DNA of 20,000 nucleotides from Chiloscyllium plagiosum (lineage: Eukaryota): positions 44,527,472 to 44,547,471 of the forward strand of contig NC_057719.1 in assembly GCF_004010195.1 (NCBI RefSeq). The letters are read 5' to 3'. Positions 1 through 10,929 of the stretch are shown here, one piece after another; the first letter of the stretch is position 1; each line of letters opens with the position of its first letter. A program made the position numbers and the translations under genes. The notes beneath the pieces are model-generated. The model had not been told where the DNA came from. It searched no databases and saw nothing but the letters and a program-made list of their open reading frames with translations.

Positions 1-27
1 AGTATTTGCCTACGTTCTCCTTGCAGG

Positions 28-160
28 TCTTTGTTTTTGTTTTAAGAGGTCAAGTGCAGTGTTTGTTTATTCCTTTTACTGGTTTTGCTTTTCTCTCCTT
101 TTATTTTTGCCTTTTTTCTTCTATTTGCTTTTATTTATTTCCTCTGTTACTTCTCCTTTA
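28..160. repeat. T-rich low-complexity tract
   Basis: Runs of T interrupted by single G/C/A (ttgtttttgttt, ttttatttttgccttttttctt); no periodic unit. Confidence 0.6.
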
Positions 161-1841
161 TACATTCCATTAAGACTACCTTTTAAAGACTACTTGCTTG
201 AAATTTAAGAATTGCAGGCTTATTTTTGCAGGTTTCTGCCTGTAGATGACATTAATGTCAAAATGGGAATGATGATGTCAAATGTATATTCCTATTTTTA
301 CATCGATGTGGAGAAAGGAAATGGTGGAAATCACCAAGGTTCAGACACAGGGGAAGCTTTTAAAAGATTAAATCACTTTTTCATGTTCTTAAAGCTATAT
401 TTTGCTTCAGGAATCGTTTGGAGTGATGTGGTCAGGAATATTTAATTGCAAAATTTAAAATTGGATCAACAGGTTTTCAGGGCTTTTTTATAGTGAGGGA
501 TGGTAGAATGCTCACTGTGTAGCCTTTAGCTTTGCTTGCATTTGTAACTTAAGCCTTTTTAACTTTTAAGTAAAGGAACTCTTTGAAACTTCTTCTATCT
601 GAAAAGAACTTAGAGTTTTATTCAAACAAAACTTCTGGCTGATCATTGCAGATCTGTAAAGCTGTCTGTATTCAGAGAAACTGATTCTGCTGATTGGTGA
701 ATTATCTGATGTTCACAACTGTTGGTCAGTTGGTCTTCAATTAGTTTTCCAATTATTAGTCAAGGTGATCTTAGTTTTTTTTAAAAGAGATGGCCACCTT
801 TGCTCACAATGGATGGGTTTTGACTCCAGCAGGGCATTCTACCTAATGTGGCAATGCTTTTTTTTTCCCATAACAACACATATTGTACTGTCGAAGAATC
901 CAACATATTTATTGCTCCAAACTATTGTATATAAACATTACATTCACAGGAAAATCAGTATCAAACTTTTAGAGTCAACCGATCAGCATGCTTTTAGTAA
1001 TGTGTCATGTTTCAAGTGATTCCATAGTCAGATTCAATTGGGATGTGAGAATTTTAGGTCCTCAAGTCACATGCTACAATACATTGATGATATTAGGGAC
1101 ACATCTCCAAAACATACACTGACATACTGATCATGAGACTTAAAACAACATGCTATGAGAAGGAGCAACAAAGCCTGGGACACTTCCGAGATAAAGAATG
1201 TTGGAAGTGAAGTTCTAACACGATGATTTGCTTTCTACATGGTAAATGATTCCATGATCTTATTGCACAGGGTCTACAAACTTGTAATATTAATAAACTT
1301 TGTTCAATTTCTCCTCATCATCTGCTGTGACTCAATGGAACACTTTGTGAAAAACAACAGTATGAACTATTGATGATCAGGAGATCCACCAACCTTACCA
1401 TCACGCACCTCCCTTCAACAATCCCTTTGGTTAATGAACTTCACAGCTATTTTTGCTGTTTATGCACCTATCCTAAGACAGTGGCTGTAGTACCTGGTCA
1501 TAGTCAATAATATTCCTCTATCATTTTTCTTCTCAGCTCTAGCCTTATGATTTGAGTTCAATGACTCCGTAGGCAAGTGTCTGCAGTCACTATTAGGCAA
1601 TAAGCATATTCTGATCCACTTCTTCTGGCTGTCTTGTAGTCTGCAAGCCACCCATTGCTAATTTCTTACTTACAATATCTATAATACTCCTTACCCAGCC
1701 ACTCCACCCATTTAGATGAATGTAAGTTAGCTAATGCGTGGGAATAAGAAAGCAAGTGAGGTAGGAGTTACATCAAAAGTGTTGAGGGAGGTATACATTG
1801 ATTAGGATAGCACAGCCAAAGCTCAGTGTTTTTCCAACAGC

Positions 1842-2095
1842 TTTATTTTAACATTCTTATCGTTGATTTTAAATCTCTCCATGGATTTTCCCCTCACCTT
1901 TGTAATCTCCTCCAGCCTTACAATCCTCTGAAATGATTGTACTCCTCCAATTTTGGTGTTTTGATTTTAATTGCTTTGCAATGGTAGCCTTACCTTTAGT
2001 AGCCAAAGCCATAAGCTTTGGAATTCCCTTCTTAAACCTCTTCAAATGCCATCTAGACATATCTGATTTGCTAAAGAGTTTTGGTAAATTGCATT
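1842..2095 (+). mobile_element. Degenerate L2-clade LINE, 3' end of ORF2
   Basis: Translates as FKSLHGFSPHLCNLLQPYNPLK*LYSSNFG, followed by aagctttggaattcccttc (KLWNSL). This matches the L2 ORF2 C-terminal pattern FKxLHGLAPxYLxxLLxPYxP..RS..AFS..PKLWNSLP. Boundaries approximate. Confidence 0.75.
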
Positions 2096-4240
2096 GCTTT
2101 TCACTCCTCTGTAAAAGAATAAAAGTTCTGTTTTCTTGATTATTCAAAGTTATGAGAAGAGGTTTTCTCTTTGTTTGAATTATTGATAGTGGGCAAGACA
2201 GCACGTCTGGTTGGCTGGCCTTCACACTGACCCCAGAGTCTTTGTGGGTCAGCTTAATGACAATAATAAAAAAGCTTTCCAGCTGGGTTGCTGCCTTTGA
2301 TTGAGAGACAGTGGAATTGAAAGGAAGTTAGTATGCTGCTGCAATGACAGTCATTAACAAAGAAATATGTACAATTCGAAATCTGTACAGTATGTTTGAG
2401 AAGCTCACCAAAGTGCAGGGTATCTTACTTTTTGAAAAGTTTGGTTGAATTCCTGTCTAATATTAGAAAGAATAGAGAGATGCTCTTGAGAATGAATAAA
2501 GAAATAATCAAGCACTGTGACAAGGTGGTCTTGGCAATAATTGCTGCTCCTACCACTCTACTCATGACAAAGCATTGTTGTGAATAGTTTAATTACCTCA
2601 CCAGTTCATGCAGGAAATGGAACCATACTTAATAATAACACTGTAATAAAATCTGACACAACCATCTTTTCCTCGCTGTATTATAGTGCTATTAATGTCC
2701 AGATGGCGTCAAAGGACTCTTAACTCACCAGTTTCATATATGGAGACTACTAAAAGTGAATTGTATTATGTGTTTTCTAGTCTCATTTTTTGCTTGTTTT
2801 GACACTTGGGTTAATTTTGTCTCATGGTATCCACAGGATTTTCATTCTCTTTTTATTCTTCCTATTCTAGATGCCTACTTTTTCTCCTCTGTTTGGTGTA
2901 CAAGACAAGAAGATACTGAGGAGGATGTCAAACATTCAGCAGACCCTTTAATTTCACTCTGTCAACATATCAGTACACATGCCATCATTCACTGTCTCTG
3001 GCTCAAACTGACTAGTGGTCTTTAACCTGAGGGGCAGTAAATGGTGGTTTGTGAGATGATGATGCACAGAACTTCAGGTAGTTGGAGAAGCTACATCAGA
3101 AACTGAGGTGGATAGTCAGGAAAATCAGGTGGTATTATTCTGGGCAAAGTATAGAAGAAACTTACTAGCCATCATGAATTGGAGTCTTGTAAATTTATGG
3201 TCTACCTATCTTGGGAGATCCCTTACTAATTATTGCATTGGTTTTAAAGGAAACCTAAAGTCATATGGCTGACAAACCCTTGTTTCAAATAGGTCAGTGC
3301 TTCTAATAAAAGAGGAAGCATAAAAAGCATGTTAAACATTCATAAACAGTGATCCTACAATATAAATATCATGACAGTTCAGTAAATTTCAACAGTTAGC
3401 AGCTACAAATGTCCATAACTTGCTCTTAATTAAATCCAAATATAGTTAGATTAACAAATCATGATGTTAGTAATTTATGAGAAATAAACTGCCTTCTATA
3501 TCAAACAGTTGCTCGTTGAATGGGGTATCTGCCATTTATGTAAATTCATGTATATAAAATTTGATATGCCAATTCTGGTTGGAATAATGAGTAGATGGAT
3601 TGCCCATGAGAATCACATAACAAATTTTGGCAAGCTTTTCAAGTATAGTTGATTGCAAAGTATTTTGATATAAATTTATTAACTCAAAAACCTTTTGAGA
3701 AATGTTTTAATGATCTGCACTGTAAGTAAATGCTAAATAATAAGTTACCCTTTTTCATAAGTTATGAATGAAATTGATTCAGATTTTCTCCTTAGGATAA
3801 TGAGATAAGTGCTCTTTGCATAAAAACATAAATGGTCTACAGTAAATAGCAGCATGAGTACTTAGTGGTGTAGACTGTAAGCTTTTTCCCTTTGAGCGGC
3901 CTCAATTTGAGTCTACAATTTGGGAAGAGGGGAGGCTTTCTGTGGAATATTTTGATAAAATGTGGAACTAAACAAAGATTAAATATGGCAGGTGGCTGGC
4001 TCCTTTTTAGAGCTATGTGATATTTGTTAAAGTTAAAACTTGTGTTTCAATACTACTTTAAGTTGAAGACTGCATAAGCTAAATTTTATCTCCAATGTTA
4101 TTTAATACAGAATTTACTAAAATTTAAATTATTGCAGATGTTCTGAGGTATAGCAGCCTGTGTAGCCAATCAGCATATTGCAATAGATAGATATTGGTAC
4201 AAATGATTTAATGCATTAATACTCACATTTCCTTCCCAAG

Positions 4241-4270
4241 AAGAAGAACATGGGAAACATTTTCCAAATG
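4241..4270 (+). CDS. Candidate 30-nt microexon of an unidentified host gene (phase 1: EEEHGKHFPN)
   Basis: Branch-point-like tactcac, then atttccttcccaag acceptor, exactly 30 nt (AAGAAGAACATGGGAAACATTTTCCAAATG) open in all three frames, then a strong donor ATG|gtaagc. Lies in unique, non-TE sequence. Confidence 0.45.
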
Positions 4271-4617
4271 GTAAGCTGTACTGATATTATACTGTTAAAA
4301 ATTAATTCTGCAGTTTGCTGGTGAGGAGAAAAAATTACTTGAGGGTTTCTGGGAAAGTCAATTTTCCTACTGGAATAATGTTTAGAATAAATCGTGTGTA
4401 AAATAGATGCAATTAGCTGGACTGTAAACTAGTTTAACTTGCAAATCTAATCTCAATCTGCACCGTTAATGCATTGAAACAGTGAAGAATTTCATTCCCT
4501 GCACAATTGTCACTGAAAGGAAAATTGTGTGAAGATTCAGATTGTATGAAGATATGATCAGATAACCGATGCCGTTATTGACTGAGAAACATAAATTGAG
4601 AAGAACATTCGGGATGT

Positions 4618-4927
4618 TTAGATTAGATTACTTACAGTGTGGAAACAGGCCCTTCGGCCCAACAAGTCCACACTGCCCCGCCGAAGCGCAACCCACCCAT
4701 ACCCCTACATCTACCCCTTACCTAAAACTACGGGCAATTTAGCATGGCCAATTCACCTGACCTGCACATCTTTGGACTGTGGGAGGAAACCGGAGCACCC
4801 GGAGGAAACCCACGCAGACACGGGGAGAATGTGCAAACTCCACACAGTCAGTCGTCTGAGGCGGGAATTGAACCCGGGTCTCTGGCGCTGTGAGGCAGCA
4901 GTGCTAACCACTGTGCCACTGTGCCGC
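4618..4927 (-). mobile_element. HE1-type V-SINE, near full length and little decayed
   Basis: Reverse strand shows a tRNA-derived head (gcggcacagtggcacagtggttagcactgctgcctcacagc...gggttcaattccc, A/B boxes), the V-domain core (gtgtggagtttgcacattctccccgtgtctgcgtgggtttcctccgggtgctccggtttcctcccac), a CR1/HER1-derived 3' end (ttgttgggccgaagggcctgtttcc) and an (aatct)n tail. Confidence 0.92.
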
Positions 4928-4939
4928 TCACCAATGATG

Positions 4940-5085
4940 GAATTAGAGAATTTACAGACAGAAGGAAGCCATTCAACCCAATGTGTGTGTCACTTTTTGA
5001 AAGAGTGATCCAGTTTGGATCCGAGTATTTTTTTCACATAAACCTTACAGTTAGTCTTCTTCACATATCTTGAGTACTTTCTATT
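4940..5085 (-). mobile_element. Old CR1-type LINE 3'-UTR fragment
   Basis: agaatttacagacagaaggaagccattcaaccca resembles the reverse complement of the CR1 3' terminal stem-loop region; strongly decayed. Confidence 0.5.
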
Positions 5086-5369
5086 TTTATCTTAGATTTG
5101 TATTGTTCATGGGATTTTGCTTTTGTATTGGATAATTTGCAACTATTTTGCTTCCAGGAGTGCCACTCTCCCTAATGTGTTTTCCATTTCTTTTCATTCC
5201 CTTGTTCATGTTTACACATTCATTCCTTTTTGTTTCCCTTCTTGTGTTTGATCAGGTATCTTCCAAAATCCCCTTCTTTAGGCACATCTCCTTTTTTCAT
5301 AACTCTTTCTAGCTCTGACTTATTTTATGTAGATTCCAATCAAGTTTCATCTTACATGAAAATAAAACA

Positions 5370-5960
5370 AAACTGCAAAGGAACACCACTGCGTTCCTTC
5401 GCCAACATTTCTGTCACAGATTTGCTGCAGCGTTCCAGCGAGCCTCAGTACATCCTTGAAGAACAACACCTCATTTTCTATTTGGAGACCCTGCAGTCTC
5501 TAAGGCTCAGCACTGAGTTCAATAACTTTAGAGCCTGGTTCCATTCTTCCATGTTTTTTGACCCACCCAGACCTGTTATGATGTGGGTTGCTTTTTAGTA
5601 CAGTCACCCATTCCCATGTACTCCTAGGCTCTTTATCACATTGTATGGTTTGCATTCAGCAGAGCTAACCAATTTTCTCTCTTAGCATGTATTATCACTT
5701 ATTCAGCTTTTCTTCTATCTTGGCAGCTATCCATAATCTCCTGTTTACTTACTCCTTTTGTATCCTTCTCTCTGGCCTCCATCTCCACCTGTCCGGTCAC
5801 CTCTACCCTTACCCCAAACTTCCCCTTTCAGATTCAGCATAAATATCACATTTTCCTAGCTACTAACAATTCTGGACTTGAAACATTCAATCTGCTTTCT
5901 TCCTACAGATGCTGGCAGACCTGCTGAGTTTCTCAAAAATGTTGGTTTTATTTTTGTTTC
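5370..5960 (+). mobile_element. Decayed Penelope-like element (Neptune-type) 3' fragment
   Basis: 5458-5529 encodes EEQHLIFYLETLQSLRLSTEFNNF, homologous to EEERLIFYLGTLQPHGINVDFISF at about 19810-19880. It is followed by a pyrimidine-rich UTR and the family tail ttgaaacatt...cagatgctggcagacctgctgagtttctc. Confidence 0.7.
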
Positions 5961-5976
5961 ATCTTATATGTTTTGA

Positions 5977-6097
5977 AATCAGGAGAAAGGGAGGACTGCA
6001 GATGCTGGAGATCAGAGTCAAAAAGTGCAGTGGTGGAAAAGCACAGCCGGTCAGGCAGCATCCGAGGAGCAGGAGAGTTATGTTTTGAGCATGAGGA
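5977..6097 (-). mobile_element. Penelope-like element 3' terminal (pLTR/tail) fragment
   Basis: Closely matches 17892-17995 (gaggactgcagat.ctggagat.agagtc...ggaaaagcacagc.ggtcaggcagcatc.ga.gagcagga). Confidence 0.8.
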
Positions 6098-6220
6098 CTG
6101 AGGGCCCAGGATTATAGGTATCTCCTAGCCATTCAGAATCCCTCAAATTGTTGATCTCCTGAGATCCACTTTTGATGCCATGCATCACCACATGCATACT
6201 CTTTAAAAAAAGTCAGTTTT

Positions 6221-7329
6221 TCTCACTCATTTTTTGTGGACATGCCACAAGATCCACAGCTACTGGGACAGCGTAACGAATGCCTTGGCAAAGATCTTGG
6301 GAACTGAGATTTGGTTGGATCCAGTGTCTCTCCTTTTGGGTTTTCTAAATTTTCTCTCTCTAGATGCACATGGGAAGGAACTGTTTACTCTTTTTGTGTG
6401 AGGAGAAACATTTTAGTGAGCTGGATATCGGAAAGTCCCTCAGGACTCTTGAACTGGCATAGGATAGTTATGGAACACATTGCCCTGGACCTCCTTATGA
6501 ATATGGTACACCAGAAAACTGAATTGTTTTATAGAACATGGATGCCCTTCTTGAATTATATCGATGTAAATACATTGGCCATATTGTCTAGGGCCATTGT
6601 CTGGCCATTAGGATGATGTCTGTCGGTTCGGCGACCCCTGGGAGGAAGAAGCCCACATAAATACAGGTCTACTCACTAATGCTCCCATCGATTGCAAGCT
6701 GTGATGAGAGTGCTTTGAGTGTTGTAACTTTATTGAATGTAAATTAAGCTATCTTGTTATAACTTGGTACAATTCTATTTTGAATGTTTATTTATTTTTT
6801 GTTAGGTTTTTACTGTACTGCAGTTTTTTTATATATAGAGCTTTTTTCTTTTATATCCTCTTTTGTGTTTTGGTAGTTTGTAGAGATTAGAATTCCAATA
6901 GTATGGAAACAGGCCCTTCAGCCCAACAAGTCCACACTGGCGAGTAACCCATCCAGACCCATTTCCCTCTGAGTAATGCACCTTGTGCTATGGGCAATTT
7001 AGCATGGCCAATTCGCCTAACCTGCACATCTTTGGACCGTGGGAGAAAACCAGAGCAAACCCATGCAGACACAGGGAGAATGTGCAAGCTCCACACAGAG
7101 AGTCACCCAAGGCTAGAAACAACCTGGGACCCTAGTGCTGTGAGGCAGCAGTGCTAACCACTGAGCCACAATGCCACCCATGCTATGTCAAGTAGATTAG
7201 TAGCCTGTTTTCTTTATTTAAATTGTTGTTGCTCTATTGTAAAGTGGTTGCACTATTTTGTACTAGTTTTGTAATTTTGAAAAAAAAACCTAAAAGCTTT
7301 CTTCTTTTCAATAAAAATATTTACAAAAT
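6221..7329 (+). mobile_element. 5'-truncated L1-clade LINE (ORF2 C-terminus, 3' UTR, A-rich tail)
   Basis: From 6222: LTHFLWTCHKIHSYWDSVTNALAKILGTEIWLDPVSLLLG, then after a frameshift RRNILVSWISESPSGLLNWHRIV...FYRTWMPFLNY. This is the HxFWxC zinc-knuckle end and WxPF motif of fish L1 ORF2. AATAAA at 7310-7315, A-rich tail, flanking direct repeat aaaagtcagtttt. Confidence 0.85.
6881..7179 (-). mobile_element. HE1-type V-SINE nested in the L1 3' UTR
   Basis: Same head, V-domain and CR1-like tail as 4618-4927 (ggaaacaggcccttcagcccaacaagtccacactg...gggcaatttagcatggccaattc...gtgctaaccactgagccac), more diverged. Confidence 0.9.
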
Positions 7330-7654
7330 AAAAGTCAGTTTTGATGAAAGGTGCTGAAACATTGGGTTGGGTTTTATGGTCCCATACTGGATGTGTTTTC
7401 AGTAGAGGGGCAGGTAAAATATGATGGGTGGATTGGCTACTGCCTTCACTTCCAGTCTAAACTGGTCATAACATGATTAACGTGAAGGCACAGAAATTAT
7501 CAGCACACTGCAATTCAAAACATAATTACTGGGAAATTGAACTTGTTCTCAAGCCAATACACCTGAATAATGCATTGCCCATGTCATAAAATGATTGCAT
7601 GTGCAGGTAAGTTTCAGACCATTTCTAAATAACATGATGGAAAAAGTGGGAAGG

Positions 7655-8524
7655 ATTGGGATACATCTTTTGGGGAGTTTCCTGTGTGCATCATGAACAC
7701 CCCACCAAGATGTTACTCCCCACTTGCTTTGTCCCAACTTGACCCTCAAACCCAACTGAAATACTCTTTGACTCTCCCTATCCCTTCCCATCCTAAAAGC
7801 TCATCCTGTTTCAATGTCCACAGTCTATTGCTCTTCTTCCATGAGCCTGAGAACTGGAATTCTGGCTGTACTGGGAATTCTAGAGTTGCAATCCAATCAG
7901 ATTGGCTGGCAGTTCTCAAGGGCAGAAGCCTTACTGAGTGTTAGTATTGAGTACTGAGTGCAGCACCAACTCTCCCTCCTGGGGTGTGAACAATGTGCCA
8001 TTCTGCTTATAAAATTCAATCCATTAGCTTTGTTTCTCCCTCCACAGATGCTGCCTGATTTGTTGAGATTTCTAACAGTTTCTTTTTGTGTTTCAGATTT
8101 CCAGCACCAGTTATGCTTTTGCATAACTCTTTAAATAAATCTCTATTTACTTTTAAAAGTTCCCAAGGCACCTGATTCCATCACCCTTTTGGGAACCTTC
8201 ATGTCTACTTACAGTTTGAGATTCTGCCCATCCTGGGGAGGCCATTGCCCTTCATTGCTACTGCTCCTCAAATCTGACAGTTGTACCTCCATGCCAGCTG
8301 CGGCCTTCATGTAGGCAGATGACCAATTAATTGTGAGTGGCTGTTTTGTGCCCTGCTCTTTTGCTCCTGCAATGTCAGATACTGAAGATCCCTTTCAATG
8401 CTAAAGCATTGGGATACATCTTTTGGAGAGTGTCCTGTGTGCATCATGAACACCCTGCCAAGATGTTACTCCCTACTTGCTTTGTCCCAACTTGACCCTT
8501 GAATCCCTTTCAATGCCAAAGCAT
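7655..8524 (+). repeat. 92-bp direct repeat (7655-7746 and 8408-8499); second copy flanked by a 22-bp direct repeat (8388-8409 and 8503-8524)
   Basis: attgggatacatcttttgg...gtcccaacttgaccct occurs twice, ungapped, with 5 mismatches by manual count. Flanks read atccctttcaatgc(t/c)aaagcat. Confidence 0.92.
8015..8120 (+). mobile_element. Penelope-like element 3' tail fragment
   Basis: tgtttctccctccacagatgctgcctgatttgttgagatttctaacagtttctttttgtgtttcagatttccagca is similar to the tail at 5890-5960 and to the reverse complement of 17900-17975. Confidence 0.65.
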
Positions 8525-8694
8525 CAAATGCCCTTTCTCCACCTCACCCGTGCAGCATCACAGGCAACTCTCTACCAAATGGCAACTCACCTGCTGTACC
8601 AGTGACCCTCCTATGAGGCTGGGTGATTGTCTGGGACAATCATGACAGGGTCTGCACTCTTGTACTCACTCCCTTTCAGATGACATGCAACAAT

Positions 8695-9155
8695 GGTTGG
8701 CATGATGAGTCAGTGGCTAGCACTGCTACATCACAGCACCAGGGACCTGGGTTCACTTCTACCCTTGGGCGACTGTGTGGAGTTTGCACATTCTCTCTGT
8801 GTTTGCATGGGTTTCCGCTGGGTGCTCTAGTTTCCTCCCATAGTCTAAAGATGTGCAGGTTAGGTGAATTGGCCATGCTAAATTGCCCGTGGTGTCCAGG
8901 AATGCAGGCTAGGCAGGTTAGCCATGGTAAATACAGGCTTAAACAGTCCTTGGATAAGCATACGGATGATGATGGGATAGTATAGGGGGATGGGCTTAGA
9001 TTAGTTCACAGGTTGGCGCAACATCGAAGGCTGAAGGGCCTGTTCTGTACTGTATTGTTCTATGTTCTATGTTTCAGGGATGGTCTTTGGCAGATCGGTG
9101 TGGACTTGTTGGGCCGAATAGCTTTATCCCACACTGTAGGGATTCTATAGTTCTA
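8695..9155 (+). mobile_element. HE1-type V-SINE interrupted by a CR1 3' fragment
   Basis: Head cagtggctagcactgctacatcacagcaccagggacctgggttcac and V-domain tgtggagtttgcacattctc...ttggccatgctaaattgccc. The SINE tail resumes at about 9075 (gtgtggacttgttgggccgaa...cactgtagggattctat). Confidence 0.88.
8938..9073 (+). mobile_element. Short CR1/HER1-type LINE 3' end inserted inside the SINE
   Basis: ttaaacagtccttggataagcata (KQSLDKH, the CR1 ORF2 terminal FKxxLDxH motif), then ggcgcaacatcgaaggctgaagggcctgttctgtactgt and a (tgttcta)n tail. Confidence 0.78.
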
Positions 9156-9967
9156 TGCAGTGCATGTAATCCATATGCTTCCTTCTGAATTTCTAGCAAG
9201 CTTGTAACAAGCTTTAAAATTACTTTAATATGCCTCAATACAGAGGAGAGTGTCCTGCATTGTCTCCATCTTTACTGAAACTGATAAGGCAACCAACAGC
9301 AAGCTCCCTCGTGTATGTTCTCATCTCCAGGGAAACACTACAAATTTAGCTTGATGCTCCCATCTACTTGATGCAAAAACAGGAAATAAAATTTTAAAAA
9401 TTAAATCTGAAATGTATGTACAACAAGTAGTCTTAGAAGCAAAGAAAAAATGAACAGAATAAATATTAAAAACAAACTGCCTTTGAAATGAGCCACCAAC
9501 TATTGCAATAAGGGCAAAGGTTGAAGATTTGTGAAAAGAATATTTATGGAAATTGTTGAAGATGAATGTCCAAAAGTCAGGAGAAATTTAATGTTTAGAG
9601 TGAAAGAGATACAAAGAAAATAATGGGCGAGGGCACACCCTAGTACCACAGAGATTCAAGGGCTAGACTTAATAAGCTAGAATGCTTTTGCTCAACCATT
9701 AATTTTCACATGCCCTTGGAAGAAATTAAGATAAAACAGAATAAACTAAGTTATTTATATAGAACACAATTTGTATGATTACAACACACACTGGTTTAGA
9801 ATCATGGCTCCAGAAAGACTAAAATGTTAACTATTAAACCCCTTCATACACATAGGCCAAACCACATGCCACTAGTTCAATATCCAAACATTAAAGCATT
9901 TTGTATTAATATTTATTAATTCAACTATGTTGTTGTGGTTCTGTTCGCCGAGCTGGGAATTTGTGTT

Positions 9968-10007
9968 GCAGACATTTCGTCCCCTGTCTAGGTGATATCC
10001 TCAGTGC
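9968..10007 (-). ncRNA. Minimal type I hammerhead ribozyme motif (left arm)
   Basis: Reverse complement reads gca-CTGAGGA-tatcacct-agac-aggggac-GAAA-tg-TC-tgc, identical to 11222-11261. Confidence 0.7.
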
Positions 10008-10218
10008 TTGGGACCCTCCTGTGAAGCGCTTCTGTGATCTTTCCTCCAGCATTTGTAGTGGTTTGAATCTGCCGCTTCCGGTTGTCAGTTCCAGCTGTCC
10101 GCTGCAGTGGTCGGTATATTGGGTCCAGGTCGATGTGCTTATTGATTGAATCTGTGGATGAGTGCCATGCCTCCAGGAATTCCCTGGCTGTTCTCTGTTT
10201 GGCTTGGCCTATAATAGT

Positions 10219-10864
10219 NNNNNNNNNNNNNNNNNNNNNNNNNNNNNNNNNNNNNNNNNNNNNNNNNNNNNNNNNNNNNNNNNNNNNNNNNNNNNNNNNN
10301 NNNNNNNNNNNNNNNNNNNNNNNNNNNNNNNNNNNNNNNNNNNNNNNNNNNNNNNNNNNNNNNNNNNNNNNNNNNNNNNNNNNNNNNNNNNNNNNNNNNN
10401 NNNNNNNNNNNNNNNNNNNNNNNNNNNNNNNNNNNNNNNNNNNNNNNNNNNNNNNNNNNNNNNNNNNNNNNNNNNNNNNNNNNNNNNNNNNNNNNNNNNN
10501 NNNNNNNNNNNNNNNNNNNNNNNNNNNNNNNNNNNNNNNNNNNNNNNNNNNNNNNNNNNNNNNNNNNNNNNNNNNNNNNNNNNNNNNNNNNNNNNNNNNN
10601 NNNNNNNNNNNNNNNNNNNNNNNNNNNNNNNNNNNNNNNNNNNNNNNNNNNNNNNNNNNNNNNNNNNNNNNNNNNNNNNNNNNNNNNNNNNNNNNNNNNN
10701 NNNNNNNNNNNNNNNNNNNNNNNNNNNNNNNNNNNNNNNNNNNNNNNNNNNNNNNNNNNNNNNNNNNNNNNNNNNNNNNNNNNNNNNNNNNNNNNNNNNN
10801 NNNNNNNNNNNNNNNNNNNNNNNNNNNNNNNNNNNNNNNNNNNNNNNNNNNNNNNNNNNNNNNN
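10219..10864. other. Assembly gap (646 N) inside the inverted PLE
   Basis: Run of N. Confidence 1.
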
Positions 10865-10929
10865 TCCGGCATATATAGATATTTGTACCTGCCGCTTCCA
10901 GTTGTCAGTTCCAGCTGTCCGTTGAAGTG

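Larger units (their letters stand above)
6208..7342 (+). repeat. 13-bp target-site duplication of the L1 (6208-6220 and 7330-7342)
   Basis: aaaagtcagtttt on both sides; the left copy sits in cttt|aaaaaaa, the canonical L1 endonuclease TT/AAAA site. Confidence 0.85.

Noticed and set aside
212..445. ORF with superficial resemblance to the AQP4 C-terminal tail (DDINVKMG...IDVEKG...SDTGE), notable given the LSSV* candidate exon downstream
   Set aside because: Similarity is short and gapped, there is no convincing splice donor, no aquaporin transmembrane or NPA exon is visible, and the AQP4 tail is normally encoded in one terminal exon. Likely chance; TBLASTN would settle it.
1050..1480. Possible RTE-type endonuclease relic (FTAIFAVYAP near 1440-1470)
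   Set aside because: Only one weak motif; I could not trace colinear neighbouring motifs.
4637..5008. 123-aa ORF and similar ORFs at 6887-7096, 8623-8985 and 8676-8876
   Set aside because: These are chance reading frames through HE1 SINE copies, not genes.
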